From assembly GCA_021816955.1 (NCBI GenBank), contig JAKAWP010000002.1, positions 37 to 64,036 of the forward strand: DNA of 64,000 nt, given 5' to 3'. Shown here in pieces: positions 9,289-18,456 of the stretch (position 1 is its first letter; every line of letters starts with the position of its first letter). This DNA comes from Thermoplasmata archaeon (lineage in GTDB: Archaea > Thermoplasmatota > Thermoplasmata > Lutacidiplasmatales > UBA184). The notes beneath the pieces are model-generated. The model saw only the letters and a list, made by a program, of their open reading frames with translations, did no database searches and was not told where the DNA came from. Made by a program: the position numbers and the translations under genes.

Positions 9289-9674
9289 CTCCACCAAGGT
9301 TCGTATCCCCGGATAGCCATCTCGCAGAACGATGGATTGGAAGGCTTGCCGCGCACCTCTCCGACATTCCCAGGCCACGGGAGAGTCACTCGCTTTACGC
9401 GCACCCTAACAACGGTAGGGTGTCCCGGCAAGCGCAAGGTGTCTTGACTCGTTCACGACCGTTTGCCGAACCAAGCTCGCTAGCGAACGGTCGAAATCGC
9501 GCCCCTTGATGTCCCGCGGCCGCCTCGGGGTTTGGTAGCGGGTAACCTTTTGTCGGTGTCCTCAGAGAACGGGTTCTCCGCGACCTCTTCCCAAGCTCCC
9601 GTACCGCTCGAGCACCTGCCGGGCCGCGGAGGAGTCCGGCCGTGGAGTGACGCTCGGGAGCGCCATTCGCCGGG

Positions 9675-10252
9675 TCATCGGTGCGTCCGCGGGGAGTTGA
9701 CGTATCCCACAATCGGCCATACGTAACCGACAACTCCCTCGAACCGGACCGCCGCCTCGCGCCGTAAGACGCATCCGACACGTGGCCAACGATCCCACAA
9801 CCGGAGTTCGGCGGAGAACGGCGCGCCCCGCCCGATGCCGGACATGAGGTACGAGTCGAACGTCCGCTCGAGCTCGCGACGCTTGTCGCTCGACGCGTGG
9901 GAGGCGCGGCTCCCGACCTGGAGGAACGCCGGCGGGTGGCCCGGTAGGAGGACGATGAGATCGATGCAGCCGAAGAGGTCGGCCGACGGGTGACGAACCG
10001 TCCCGGTCCGAGCCGGACGGCGACCTGACCGGCGCGGGGGACGACGCAGCCGAGCTCTTGGAGCAGTCGGGCAACGACGCGTTCGCGCCGGAGGCCGTTC
10101 GTTCGGGTCCGGGAAGGAGGGGAACGGCGCGGTCGTGCTGTTGTCCGCTCGAGACGAGGGCGAATCGGCGCATCGATTTCCAGTGCTTCCGGGGTCAGAT
10201 CGGCGGCGAAGGCGGCGAGCACGGAGTCGGCCGGCGTGACCGAATCGCTCAT
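9675..10252 (-). pseudogene. Hjc-like / PD-(D/E)XK-fold nuclease gene, apparently frameshifted and with altered catalytic motif
   Basis: The ATG at 10250-10252 overlaps the upstream stop (ATGA). Frame A reads '...GLRRERVVARLLQELGCVVPRAG'. Around 10025-10040 the plausible sequence continues in another frame as 'SGRRPARTGTVRHPSADLFGCIDLIVLLPGHPPAFLQVGSRASH...'. Together these match the Hjc layout (G..ER.L...L...G..V.RA..SG...D.IA....IEVKS), but QVG replaces E-x-K. Confidence 0.4.
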
Positions 10253-10791
10253 CGCGCCTCTCGAACCCGCTCGACATGGGCGGTGATCGCCGTCGGCCTC
10301 CGCTCCGGGAGATCGGGAGAACCGGTGCGTTTCGGTTCGGCTTCCAGGTGCTCCCCGAGCGGCAGGGCGGCCTCGTCGGGAACGAACGCGAACACGGTGG
10401 GCAGTCGCAACGCCGGGTTCGGGCCGACCCGGACGAGGAGCCAGCCGTCGGGCCAGCCCCGGAACGGATGGTCGGCGTCGACCCGGAAGAGATCGTAGAC
10501 GGCCACGAAGAGCTCCACGGTGGTGTCGCCGCCGCCGACACCATAGCTGGCGTAGTCGCGGCCGAACGTCCAGACGTCCCATCGGGCGCGGCCCGGCTCG
10601 GACCACGGTCGGCCGTGGGACGGCCACCGACGGGCCCACTCCTCGAGCCAGGTAGTGAGCCCGCCCAGTCCCTCCGAGCTCGCGCGGCCCGGGGCGTGGT
10701 CGAGCCCCAGAAGGCCGTCGAACCGGAGGACGATGTCGCGGCCGCCGGGGAGGAGCTCGTAGCGGTAGGCGGTGATCGGTTTGGTGCGCAT
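10249..10791 (-). CDS. Hypothetical protein (180 aa), no recognisable family
   Basis: Natural composition (MRTKPITAYRYELLPGGRDIVLRFDGLLGLDH...TTVELFVAVYDLFRVDADHPFRGWPDGWLLVRV). The stop is coupled to the downstream ATG. Confidence 0.55.
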   Translation of the reverse strand: MRTKPITAYRYELLPGGRDIVLRFDGLLGLDHAPGRASSEGLGGLTTWLEEWARRWPSHGRPWSEPGRARWDVWTFGRDYASYGVGGGDTTVELFVAVYDLFRVDADHPFRGWPDGWLLVRVGPNPALRLPTVFAFVPDEAALPLGEHLEAEPKRTGSPDLPERRPTAITAHVERVREAR

Positions 10792-10805
10792 CGGTGGGCC
10801 CCCGT

Positions 10806-11462
10806 TCAGGACCGACGGCCCGCCTCTGCGGAGCGCGGAGGAATGGACCCGGTCGCCGACGGGTCGGCGGGGGAGGAGGCGCGGTCTGTCGGCTCGGCCC
10901 CTGCGCTCGCGTCCGGGGAACCCCCGCCCGCTGGGGGAGAGCGACGGGCTCGGAGCGTCGTCTCGATCCGTCCGGTCTCGCGGACGACGATGGCGAGCAG
11001 TTCCCGGGTGAGCCGGTGGGCGACGGTGTGGAGCGCCTCGCGGCCGTCGAACGGGACAGCCGCGCGGACCCGGAAGGTCGAGTAGGGGATGCCCGTCGGG
11101 GCGGCGAGCTCGATCTCGATCCGTTCGGGCGCGCCCGGGCCCGTGGGCGGCGTGGACGGCGGCGGGCCTACCGGAGAGTCCACGGCCGTCGTGGCATCGT
11201 CCGGGTCACCGACCTTCGGGGTGTCGGGTGTCGCCCGGGTCGGCGAGGGGGGAGGGAGGGCCGGGGTCGGGGGACGAGGGGTGACGTTCTTGGCGGCGAT
11301 GAGCGATCCGAGCCAGGCGGACGCCTCGGCCCGGGTGAGGCCGGGGTCGCGGGCGCGTTCGGGGTCGACGCCCCAGCGGAGGAGGGCGGTCCGCTGGCGG
11401 TCGGTGGCGAGCGGTTCGTCGGCTTTCGGGTTCCCCGGGTCCGACCGAGCGGAGGCGTTCAT
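10806..11462 (-). CDS. Hypothetical protein (218 aa): N-terminal helical motif, Pro-rich linker, small C-terminal domain
   Basis: The start MNASARSD (ATG 11460-11462) overlaps the upstream stop (tcat 11459-11462). The 'ATDRQRTALLRWGVDPERARDPGLTRAEASAWLGSLIA' motif resembles DUF3072-type 'T..Q...L..L....LT.AEAS..I..L' helices, from memory only. Confidence 0.55.
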   Translation of the reverse strand: MNASARSDPGNPKADEPLATDRQRTALLRWGVDPERARDPGLTRAEASAWLGSLIAAKNVTPRPPTPALPPPSPTRATPDTPKVGDPDDATTAVDSPVGPPPSTPPTGPGAPERIEIELAAPTGIPYSTFRVRAAVPFDGREALHTVAHRLTRELLAIVVRETGRIETTLRARRSPPAGGGSPDASAGAEPTDRASSPADPSATGSIPPRSAEAGRRS

Positions 11463-11677
11463 CTGAGGCACTCCATGTTGTCGTCGAGTTCGTCGGGGTC
11501 GCGGGTCGCCCGTTCGAACGCCTCGTTGAGGGCCTCTTCGGCCGCTCGGGTGCCGTGGTCGACGCCGAGTCGGTAGAGCCGTTCCAGGACGGCGAGACGG
11601 AAGGTCGGATCGGCGGGGTCGGTCGGCTTGGTCGGTTCGTTCGGTTCGGAGCGGTGTTCGGCCGCTTCGTCGGTCAT
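11459..11677 (-). CDS. Small acidic hypothetical protein (72 aa)
   Basis: First gene of a four-gene coupled cassette. Reads 'FRLAVLERLYRLGVDHGTRAAEEALNEAFERATRDPDELDD', with natural composition. Confidence 0.5.
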   Translation of the reverse strand: MTDEAAEHRSEPNEPTKPTDPADPTFRLAVLERLYRLGVDHGTRAAEEALNEAFERATRDPDELDDNMECLR

Positions 11678-11884
11678 ACACGCTATCCGTCCGACCCTAA
11701 CCGGGCGGGGCGGAGGGGGTTTCAGGTCGTTCTACCTGCGACCGTGGGGTAGGGGCGAAGGGATCCGGAGGGATAGGCCCGTTTATGGGGCAGGCTAGCC
11801 CGGCCCCGATTCGCCTGTCAACGCGGACAAACGAGTCATCGATTCCTGACCATGGATGCGAGTTAGGGTCGGGTAGGGCGGGCG

Positions 11885-12274
11885 ATGACCGCGACGCGAT
11901 GCCCCATCTGCGACCGAGAGTACGAGGACCCCAACGCGACGGGCCGGGCGACGAACCAATCGATCTGCGACGCCCTCGCCCGCTGGGAACCGCTCGATTC
12001 GGTCGGTCAGGTATCCGCGGCCCTGGCGGTGGCGCGATTCCGGGTGCCTGAGAAGCGGGCGGAGTACCTCCGGCACCCAGTACGACCCAAACCGCCAGTA
12101 GCGCCGATCGCGACTCACGGTCGGCCCTCCCGCTACGGTGCGATCGCGGCGGGTCAGGTCCGGATCCGGGTGGGGTGGACCGGTTGCAAAGGCGGGGGGA
12201 ATCGGGCCTCTTGCCGGTTCAGACGACGATTACGCCGGCGCCGCGGCCCTCTCGAGCAGCCGGCGGTTCCCTGA
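11885..12274 (+). CDS. Possible small protein starting MTATRCPICDREYEDP; 3' extent doubtful
   Basis: The first ~60 codons have GC-rich third positions and plausible composition. The last ~50 codons are Arg-rich and overlap the convergent membrane gene, so the true end, or the gene itself, is uncertain. Confidence 0.3.
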   Translation: MTATRCPICDREYEDPNATGRATNQSICDALARWEPLDSVGQVSAALAVARFRVPEKRAEYLRHPVRPKPPVAPIATHGRPSRYGAIAAGQVRIRVGWTGCKGGGNRASCRFRRRLRRRRGPLEQPAVP

Positions 12275-12649
12275 ATAGAGAACGACCGCGACGATGAGGA
12301 GGGCGCCGAGCAGCACGAGCCCCGCGATATCGTCTCCCAGGTCGCCGATGTCCCCGATCTCGATCGCGAATCCCGCCACCTGGGCGAGGAGCGCAAGCAC
12401 CACGAAAACGATGGGGGCCAAGGACCGGGAGTAGCTGTTGCGGCCGACCAAGTACCACGTGACGGCCGCGACGCCGATGATGACGAGGAGGAGATCGTCC
12501 GTGATGTAGGCGAGCTTGTCCCCCGCCTCGGGAATGATATCGGTCCCGAACGCCAAGGCCGTCAGACCCAGGATCGTGGCAATCAGCATGTTGTAGCCAC
12601 GGTTGATCGCATCGGCCGCACTGAGTCGCTCCGCCGTTCCCTGCACCAT
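12230..12649 (-). CDS. Small integral membrane protein (139 aa, about 4 TM)
   Basis: Hydrophobic segments 'MLIATILGLTALAFG', 'LLLVIIGVAAVTWYLVG', 'IVFVVLALLAQVAGFAI', 'GLVLLGALLIVAVVLY'. Confidence 0.65.
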   Translation of the reverse strand: MVQGTAERLSAADAINRGYNMLIATILGLTALAFGTDIIPEAGDKLAYITDDLLLVIIGVAAVTWYLVGRNSYSRSLAPIVFVVLALLAQVAGFAIEIGDIGDLGDDIAGLVLLGALLIVAVVLYSGNRRLLERAAAPA

Positions 12650-13237
12650 GGTTCCTACCTCATCGGGAAGTCCTTCTTCCCATAAAATCCGATGGTAACC
12701 CGGGGGCAGCTCCGAGAAGGTCCAGTGTCCCCTCCTTCATCCCGCGTTCTGTTCGTGAAGGGCAACCTCGCCCCTTCCATTCTCCCGATAGACGTCGGAT
12801 CGCGCGATAGTCGAGCGGAACCCAAGTGATTCGCCAAGCGTGAAGGACGGAATCGTGGGATCAGCGGGCCGTGTGCGGCGGTAGGAGCTTGCCCGATTCC
12901 GTGTCGATTGCTCCCCAAACATCTCGGATCCCAGGCCCGCCGAGCAACCGACGGAAGTGGGCCGCTCCCGCGGCCTTGGGCGCTCTCCGATTCCCCCACG
13001 ATCGAAAGGCAGGGTCTTTCAATCGCCCAAGAACTGGTCGAACAGCGAGCGTCGACCCCCGAAGGAGGAGGGGACCGCCGAGCCCGCAGTCAGGGACGTT
13101 GGCGCCGGCGATCAGCGGACTTCGAAGATCATGTCTCGAACCAAGGCGTTCGTCAATGGGACAATCTCGTCCACTCGCTAGATTCGAAAGCGCCAAAACA
13201 TCTTGTCGCCTCCGCCGAACCGATTCGGGGGTCGAGC

Positions 13238-14200
13238 ATGGTTCGGATTCTCCTCGATCGCGAGCTGCGAGACCTCCTCGATCTACCGAAGGTTGTGGCG
13301 CGTATCGAAGAGGGGTATCAAGCCGACAGCGAAGGTAAGGTGGTCCCCCTGCCTCGAACGCGCACCGAGACCCGTGGCACGACCCTAGCGTGGATGGGCG
13401 CCGCGATTCCATCGGCCGACCTCTTGGTCTTCCGCTCGTACCTCTACGACTCCGACGGCCAGGATCGGGGACACCAGGTCGTGGCACTCTACGGCCACAA
13501 GGAGATGGAGCTGCGCGCGTTGTTTTTGGGACGACTCGTGGGGAACCTCCGGACCGGGGCGGCAGTTACGGCGGCGCTTCACCTTATCGACCCGTCGCTC
13601 GGTGACGTCGGTTTCATCGGGACCGGCTACCAAGCCCGCAACGCCCTGGCGTGCCTCGTTGCCGTGTTTCGGAATCCTCGCGTCGTCGCTTGGAGCCCGA
13701 ATCCCGAGCACCGAAAGGAGTTCGCGGATTGGGCGCGCTCGGCTCTCGGAACCGAGATCGCTCTTGCGTCGGACGCGGAGGGCGTCCTCGCTGAGACCTC
13801 GGCCATTGTGCTTGTCACGACGTCGGAATCCCCGGTCGTTACCCAGCCGATGCTTCGCGAACCGAAGTTGCTACTGAGCATCAACAGCTATCGCCGCCCG
13901 GAGATCGACACCCTGATCCTGGATGCGGCCCGAGTGGTCTGGACGGACAGTGTCGCCCAAGCCAGCGGCCCCGGCACCCTCTTCAGCGACGAAGAACGGA
14001 GGTCCAAGCTTCGTCCCTTGATGCAAGGAGTCCAGGACGGGAGCCTTCGCGAGAGATCCTCGACGCGGATCGTCGTGAACACCGGAGCGGCGTGGGAAGA
14101 GGCGGTCACCGCGCAGCTCTTGTTCGAGATGGCGGTCGAACGCGGGGTTGGGGCGGAGATGCCTATTCCGCCGGACGCGACCCAGAGCCGGATCTTCTGA
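13238..14200 (+). CDS. Ornithine cyclodeaminase / mu-crystallin family protein
   Basis: The start MVRILLDRELRDLL is the internal ATG of the 430-aa track ORF. Family layout with a Rossmann 'VGFIGTGYQARNALACL' and 'IVVNTGAAWEEAVTAQLLFEMA'. Confidence 0.75.
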   Translation: MVRILLDRELRDLLDLPKVVARIEEGYQADSEGKVVPLPRTRTETRGTTLAWMGAAIPSADLLVFRSYLYDSDGQDRGHQVVALYGHKEMELRALFLGRLVGNLRTGAAVTAALHLIDPSLGDVGFIGTGYQARNALACLVAVFRNPRVVAWSPNPEHRKEFADWARSALGTEIALASDAEGVLAETSAIVLVTTSESPVVTQPMLREPKLLLSINSYRRPEIDTLILDAARVVWTDSVAQASGPGTLFSDEERRSKLRPLMQGVQDGSLRERSSTRIVVNTGAAWEEAVTAQLLFEMAVERGVGAEMPIPPDATQSRIF

Positions 14201-14373
14201 CTCCCTCGCGAAGCCGGGGGGTACGAAGCCATGGTTGTCGGTCGGGTCTGAAGTCGGGACATCTGACGCGCCTTCCGGGGCCGGGCTCCGGCGGCTCACG
14301 GGCCTAGGAGACGCTCGGTCGGGGCCATCGGTCCGAAGAAACCATTACCCTTCGGGATTCCATTCACAACACC

Positions 14374-14988
14374 ATGGCCGGGTGGCCTGACCCCTCGTCA
14401 GAACGCGCGGGTCGGGTCGAACGCGACTTGACCATCGTCACTGTCGGTTTCGTGCTTCTGGGGATTGGGCTGGCTCTCGTGCCCTGGTCGGGTCTCTTGT
14501 ACATTGTGGCCGGGACCTTCCTCGTGCTGCCCGGCTTCGCCATCGGGGCCGCCGGATGGTTCCTCTTCGGCCAAGACTTTCGGATTACGGCCCACCGTCG
14601 TCAAGACGGCGCGATGCTCATGGCCGCCGGGCTCGGGCTCACGTTGGCGGCTTGGGTGAGCTACCTCGCGCAGATCGCGTCGTACACGACGCGCAACATC
14701 GCGATTGTCGTCGGGCTGGTCCTGTTCGCCGTCGGGTATGCCTCGTTTCGCCAGCGATACGTTCAAGCGGTGGGCCCTGCGGGCGACATCGGTCTGAACG
14801 CGTACTTGGCCGGCCTTCTCATCGCGGTGGCCGCGTTCTTGGCGTTCGCATGGGGCGGCTTTCGCGACCCTCTCGCGGCGGTGATCACCACCCTCATCGG
14901 ACTCGGGTTCTTGGTCATGGCGTTCGGAGCCGCATTGCTCAGGCGGGAGTCTCCCGGGGCCCCGCCCGCGTCATCGGACGGGAGATAG
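14374..14988 (+). CDS. Integral membrane protein (204 aa, about 6 TM), unknown function
   Basis: Repeated hydrophobic helices (IVTVGFVLLGIGLALV, LYIVAGTFLVLPGFAIGAAGWFLF, and others). Confidence 0.6.
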   Translation: MAGWPDPSSERAGRVERDLTIVTVGFVLLGIGLALVPWSGLLYIVAGTFLVLPGFAIGAAGWFLFGQDFRITAHRRQDGAMLMAAGLGLTLAAWVSYLAQIASYTTRNIAIVVGLVLFAVGYASFRQRYVQAVGPAGDIGLNAYLAGLLIAVAAFLAFAWGGFRDPLAAVITTLIGLGFLVMAFGAALLRRESPGAPPASSDGR

Positions 14989-15141
14989 ACCCGGCCTGTT
15001 CTCCGCGCTCGGAGCCTCACAGCGGGCGGAACCGTTCGATCGCCGCGGAGCCGGACCACGCCAACGGCTCACGCGTAATGGGAGTGTCTCCCGTAGCGTG
15101 AAGCCGGTGCGGAGTTCCATGGCACCCCGCGGAAGGCGTCC

Positions 15142-15849
15142 CTAGGGGCGAACCGAGGGCGGTCGGTGAAGCGATCGTTTCACGCGAACCCTCATCGTCC
15201 AGAGCAGGGTGGCGAGGAGCGTGAGAGCGGCCGTGTAGGCGAGCGCGTAGGAGACAGAGACCGGGGCGGGGGGCGGAGTCACGCCGTGGAGCCCGGCGGC
15301 GACGGCGAGGAATTGTTGGGACCCATAGAGGGGGAGAAACGGGGCGACCGAGGAGTCCGTGGGCAACGTCAGCTCGATGCCCACGAGCGCGATGATCGCC
15401 AGGGTTCCCTCGAGTTCTCTCGGAAGCAACGAACCGATCGCGAGCCCGAGAGGGACCGCGACGATGCCGGAGAGGGAGACCCCGAGAACGAGCTCCCCGG
15501 TCGCTGTGGGACGCGAGATCGCGAGGAACAACAGCGCGAAGGCGCCGATGAGGATCGCGGCGACCCCTTCCAAGAGGAGCCATCGGCCCGCTAGGAGCTC
15601 CCAAGGTCGGTAGCCGGCGAGGACCAAGCGAGGGTCGGTTTCTCGGGACGCCAAGACGACGAAGAGGCCGACGGCCGACACCGACCAGGCCAGCCCGATA
15701 CCGCCGACCAAGAGGGCATAATGGCTGGGGAGAAGGGCGAAATAGAACGCCAGAGGCAGGACGACCATGAGCGCGATCGCCACGTACCGACGGACGAGGT
15801 CCCTCCCTTGCATCCCGGCGATGATGACGATCCGTCGCGCCGAACTCAT
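15142..15849 (-). CDS. ABC-2-type transporter permease
   Basis: About 6 TM helices. The start [12 protein letters not shown] (ATG 15847-15849) overlaps the stop of the ABC ATPase (tcat 15846-15849). Confidence 0.7.
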   Translation of the reverse strand: MSSARRIVIIAGMQGRDLVRRYVAIALMVVLPLAFYFALLPSHYALLVGGIGLAWSVSAVGLFVVLASRETDPRLVLAGYRPWELLAGRWLLLEGVAAILIGAFALLFLAISRPTATGELVLGVSLSGIVAVPLGLAIGSLLPRELEGTLAIIALVGIELTLPTDSSVAPFLPLYGSQQFLAVAAGLHGVTPPPAPVSVSYALAYTAALTLLATLLWTMRVRVKRSLHRPPSVRP

Positions 15850-16511
15850 GACGCTCCGAAGGGCGGTTCCCCTCCCACGACGGAAGGGCACGGGATCCTG
15901 AGCTCGACCAGCCGATCCGCCCGTTGGCGCTCCACCAGAAGGTGGGTGACGACGACGATGGCCTTGCCCTGGTCCCGCCAGGTCTCCACGTGATTCCAGA
16001 AATTCACGTAGGTGCCCTGGTCGAAACCCTGGTACGGTTCGTCCAGCAGCAGAATCTCCGGCTCACCCAGCAGGGCGAGGACGAGATTGAGCTTCTGCCG
16101 GTTCCCGCTGGAGAGGTTCTGCACGAGCGTGGGGTCCCCCACGGGAAACCCGAGAGCCTGGAGCAGTTCGTGTCCCTGGGCCAACGCATCCCCCGGGGGA
16201 AGATCCCTAGCCGCGCCGAAGTAGCGGAGGTGCTCCCGCGCGTTCAAGAGTCCGATGAGACCGGGTTCTTGAGGACAGTATCCGACTCGGCCCCGACTAT
16301 CGACCTCCCCGGCATCGGCCGCAAGGAACCCGGCCAGAATCCGGAGGAGCGTGCTCTTTCCTGCTCCATTTTCGCCGACGACGGCGACTACCTCACCGGG
16401 CCGGACCTCAAGGTTCACATTGTCGAGGACGAGCTTGCGTCCGAACCGCTTGCGAATACCGGTCGCGGTCAGGATTGGGGATGGGCTGTCCGAGCGCTCA
16501 CGTCCCCCCAT
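15846..16511 (-). CDS. ABC transporter ATP-binding protein
   Basis: Walker A '[11 protein letters not shown]', signature 'LSSGNRQKL', Walker B 'ILLLDEP'. The start could be M10 (16511) or M1 (16538). Confidence 0.85.
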   Translation of the reverse strand: MGGRERSDSPSPILTATGIRKRFGRKLVLDNVNLEVRPGEVVAVVGENGAGKSTLLRILAGFLAADAGEVDSRGRVGYCPQEPGLIGLLNAREHLRYFGAARDLPPGDALAQGHELLQALGFPVGDPTLVQNLSSGNRQKLNLVLALLGEPEILLLDEPYQGFDQGTYVNFWNHVETWRDQGKAIVVVTHLLVERQRADRLVELRIPCPSVVGGEPPFGAS

Positions 16512-16697
16512 CGCTCCCCGGTACGGACGCCTGCGCATAAAATTCGCTGCGAACCCGTGAGCTCGGTCCGTCCCACCTGGGCGGCGCTCCGCGTAGGAAT
16601 CCCCCCTTCGAGATCGGACCCAAGATATGCGCCCACGACCACGGCGGCATCCGGAGAGCGTGAGCGCAGTGAGTGCTTCTCGCTCGCGAACTCCGGG

Positions 16698-17210
16698 TCA
16701 GACGCTGGCGGCTCCCGCCATTCCGATCAACGCCAACGCGAACAAGGCCAGCGAGGCCGTGGCAATCCGATCGAGCCGGTGTCCCAATACATCGATCTCG
16801 GCCCATCGTTCCTTGCTCGGATTGGCAAGGGCGCGTATCACAACCTTCTCGAGCCGTAGCGCGCTCGGGAGAATGTAGACTTCCCCCACCAGAAATGCGG
16901 CGATGCCGAAGACGCCCCCGAACATCACCCAAGCGGCCCAGGCACTCGCGCCGGGAGCGGTGAAGACCGACAGATTCCCGCCGGCCAGCTCGTAGGCCAA
17001 CACGCCGCCGAAAAGCAGGGTGAGCACGCTCGCGACCAGCATGTACGGCCCGAGTCGCGGCATGATCCGACGGTAGAAGCGAGCTCGCTCCTCCGGGTCC
17101 ATCCTCCACATGGTCGGGAAGAGCACCGCCGCGGTGAAGAGAGCCGCTCCGACCCAGGCGATAGCCGCCCCAACGTGGAGAAAGATCAGGATCTGGACGG
17201 TGACGGTCAT
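16698..17210 (-). CDS. CopD/HemJ-superfamily-like 4-TM membrane protein (170 aa)
   Basis: The start MTVTVQILIFLHVGAAIAWVGAALF (ATG 17208-17210) has a conserved His in TM1. The topology resembles the protein at 29168..29665. Confidence 0.6.
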   Translation of the reverse strand: MTVTVQILIFLHVGAAIAWVGAALFTAAVLFPTMWRMDPEERARFYRRIMPRLGPYMLVASVLTLLFGGVLAYELAGGNLSVFTAPGASAWAAWVMFGGVFGIAAFLVGEVYILPSALRLEKVVIRALANPSKERWAEIDVLGHRLDRIATASLALFALALIGMAGAASV

Positions 17211-17234
17211 CGAAGGGGCGACTCGAATCGTTCC

Positions 17235-18456
17235 TTTTGAGCGTTCAGTTCGTATGTGTAACCGGAAACTCGAGTGGCTGACGTGAGCTTGCCCGCCCCA
17301 CGACCCTCGGTTCCTGTGGAACTCCGCGCTGAAAGGGGCACTCCGCGGCCGCGGTTGTGTCGACACATCACCGCGGAGGCGGCCGTTCGGCCGCGGGAAC
17401 CCCAACCCCTTCGCACCTGAAGAAGACCACTGGCCCACCGGCTCGTAAGAGCCTTCAACGACGGAACCACCGCCGCTACCGACAGTCCCTCCGCCACAGG
17501 AAAGGCCTCCTCTACCACCCCCTCGAGGAGCTCGTCCGACGGGCTCCCGTCCCTTACCGCTGTAAGGCCCCGAAAACGCCCCGGCGACCCCCTACCGACC
17601 CCCGCGATGTGGTCGGTTTTCTTCTGCTGATGACCCGGGAAGGGCTGTCGTACGACGAGACCTACGCCCCCCTCGAGGCCGTTCCCGAGCTCGCTCGGAA
17701 GATCGGCTTTCGCGGGAAGGTCCCCGCGGCAAGCACGGTCACCTCGCTGGTGATCCGCGTCGGAGCCGAGTATCTCGAGCGCCTGATCGTTCGCACCGGG
17801 GCGTCTCTCACCCGGGGGCGGACCCACACCGCCGGGGACGCCACCGGCGTGGGGATCCGACAGTACGAGCGCTGGTTCGATGTGCGCCACGGGGCGGCGA
17901 GCCGCCGACGGCGGTTCGTCAAGCTCCACGCGCTCGTGGCGACCCGAGCCGCGTGGCCGTTCTTCCTCTCCGCTCGTGTCACCGTCGGCACGTGGGGCGA
18001 CTCGCCCGAGCTCGGGCCGTTGCTCGAACGGATCGATCCCGACGTCGACGTCGGGAACGTGGCGCGGGACAAGGGCTACCAGTCCCGGAAGAACGCCGAG
18101 CGGATCGAGGCGCGCGGCGGTCTTCCCGTGATCGACCTCAAGGCGAACGTCACCGCCAAGACGCTGGGCTCGCCCGCGTGGAAGCGGCTGGTCGTTCGGC
18201 GACGAGGAAACCGACGGGCGTTCCGATGCCGGTATCGAAGACGGACGGTGGTCGAAGGGATCTTCGGGGCGGTCAAGCGTCGGTTCGGGGAGATGGTGAA
18301 ATCGCGTCGACGGCACGCTCAGCGCGCGGAGGTCCTCTGATGAATGGTCGTCTGGAACGCCTTCGGACGGGTCTACCACTTGGGATGACCGACACGCGGT
18401 GGCTGACGGCCTGGAGGGTTTCCCGTCGCACTTGCCGTGAGGCGAATGCTCAAAGC
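17235..18456 (+). mobile_element. IS5-type insertion sequence; boundaries tentative
   Basis: Contains a DDE transposase. The candidate imperfect terminal inverted repeat is ttttgagcGttc (17236-17247) with gaaTgctcaaag (18444-18455). A 10-bp direct repeat gtggctgacg (17274-17283 and 18399-18408) gives a conflicting boundary signal. Confidence 0.35.
17357..18340 (+). CDS. IS5/IS4-superfamily DDE transposase
   Basis: 'GDATGVGI', 'VARDKGYQSRKNAERIEARGGLPVIDLK' and an exact Y-(2)-R-(3)-E-(6)-K signature 'YRRRTVVEGIFGAVKRRFG'. The N-terminal start is uncertain. The ORF ends in tandem TGA TGA. Confidence 0.8.
   Translation: MSTHHRGGGRSAAGTPTPSHLKKTTGPPARKSLQRRNHRRYRQSLRHRKGLLYHPLEELVRRAPVPYRCKAPKTPRRPPTDPRDVVGFLLLMTREGLSYDETYAPLEAVPELARKIGFRGKVPAASTVTSLVIRVGAEYLERLIVRTGASLTRGRTHTAGDATGVGIRQYERWFDVRHGAASRRRRFVKLHALVATRAAWPFFLSARVTVGTWGDSPELGPLLERIDPDVDVGNVARDKGYQSRKNAERIEARGGLPVIDLKANVTAKTLGSPAWKRLVVRRRGNRRAFRCRYRRRTVVEGIFGAVKRRFGEMVKSRRRHAQRAEVL

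Noticed and set aside
9189-9509. SSV-type split integrase fragment overlapping tRNA-Gly (the 106-aa ORF reading through the tRNA, and the 69-aa antisense ORF)
   Set aside because: The translations show no tyrosine-recombinase motifs (no R..H..R..Y pattern). I could find no copy of the tRNA 3' end at the far side of the putative island.
18337-18410. Possible C/D-box sRNA (cTGATGA ... gggATGAcc ... CTGA) just after the transposase stop
   Set aside because: No acceptable D' box (CUGA) follows the C box at the expected ~12-nt spacing. The C' box is degenerate and the C'-to-D spacer is 14 nt. The TGATGA is simply the tandem stop codons.
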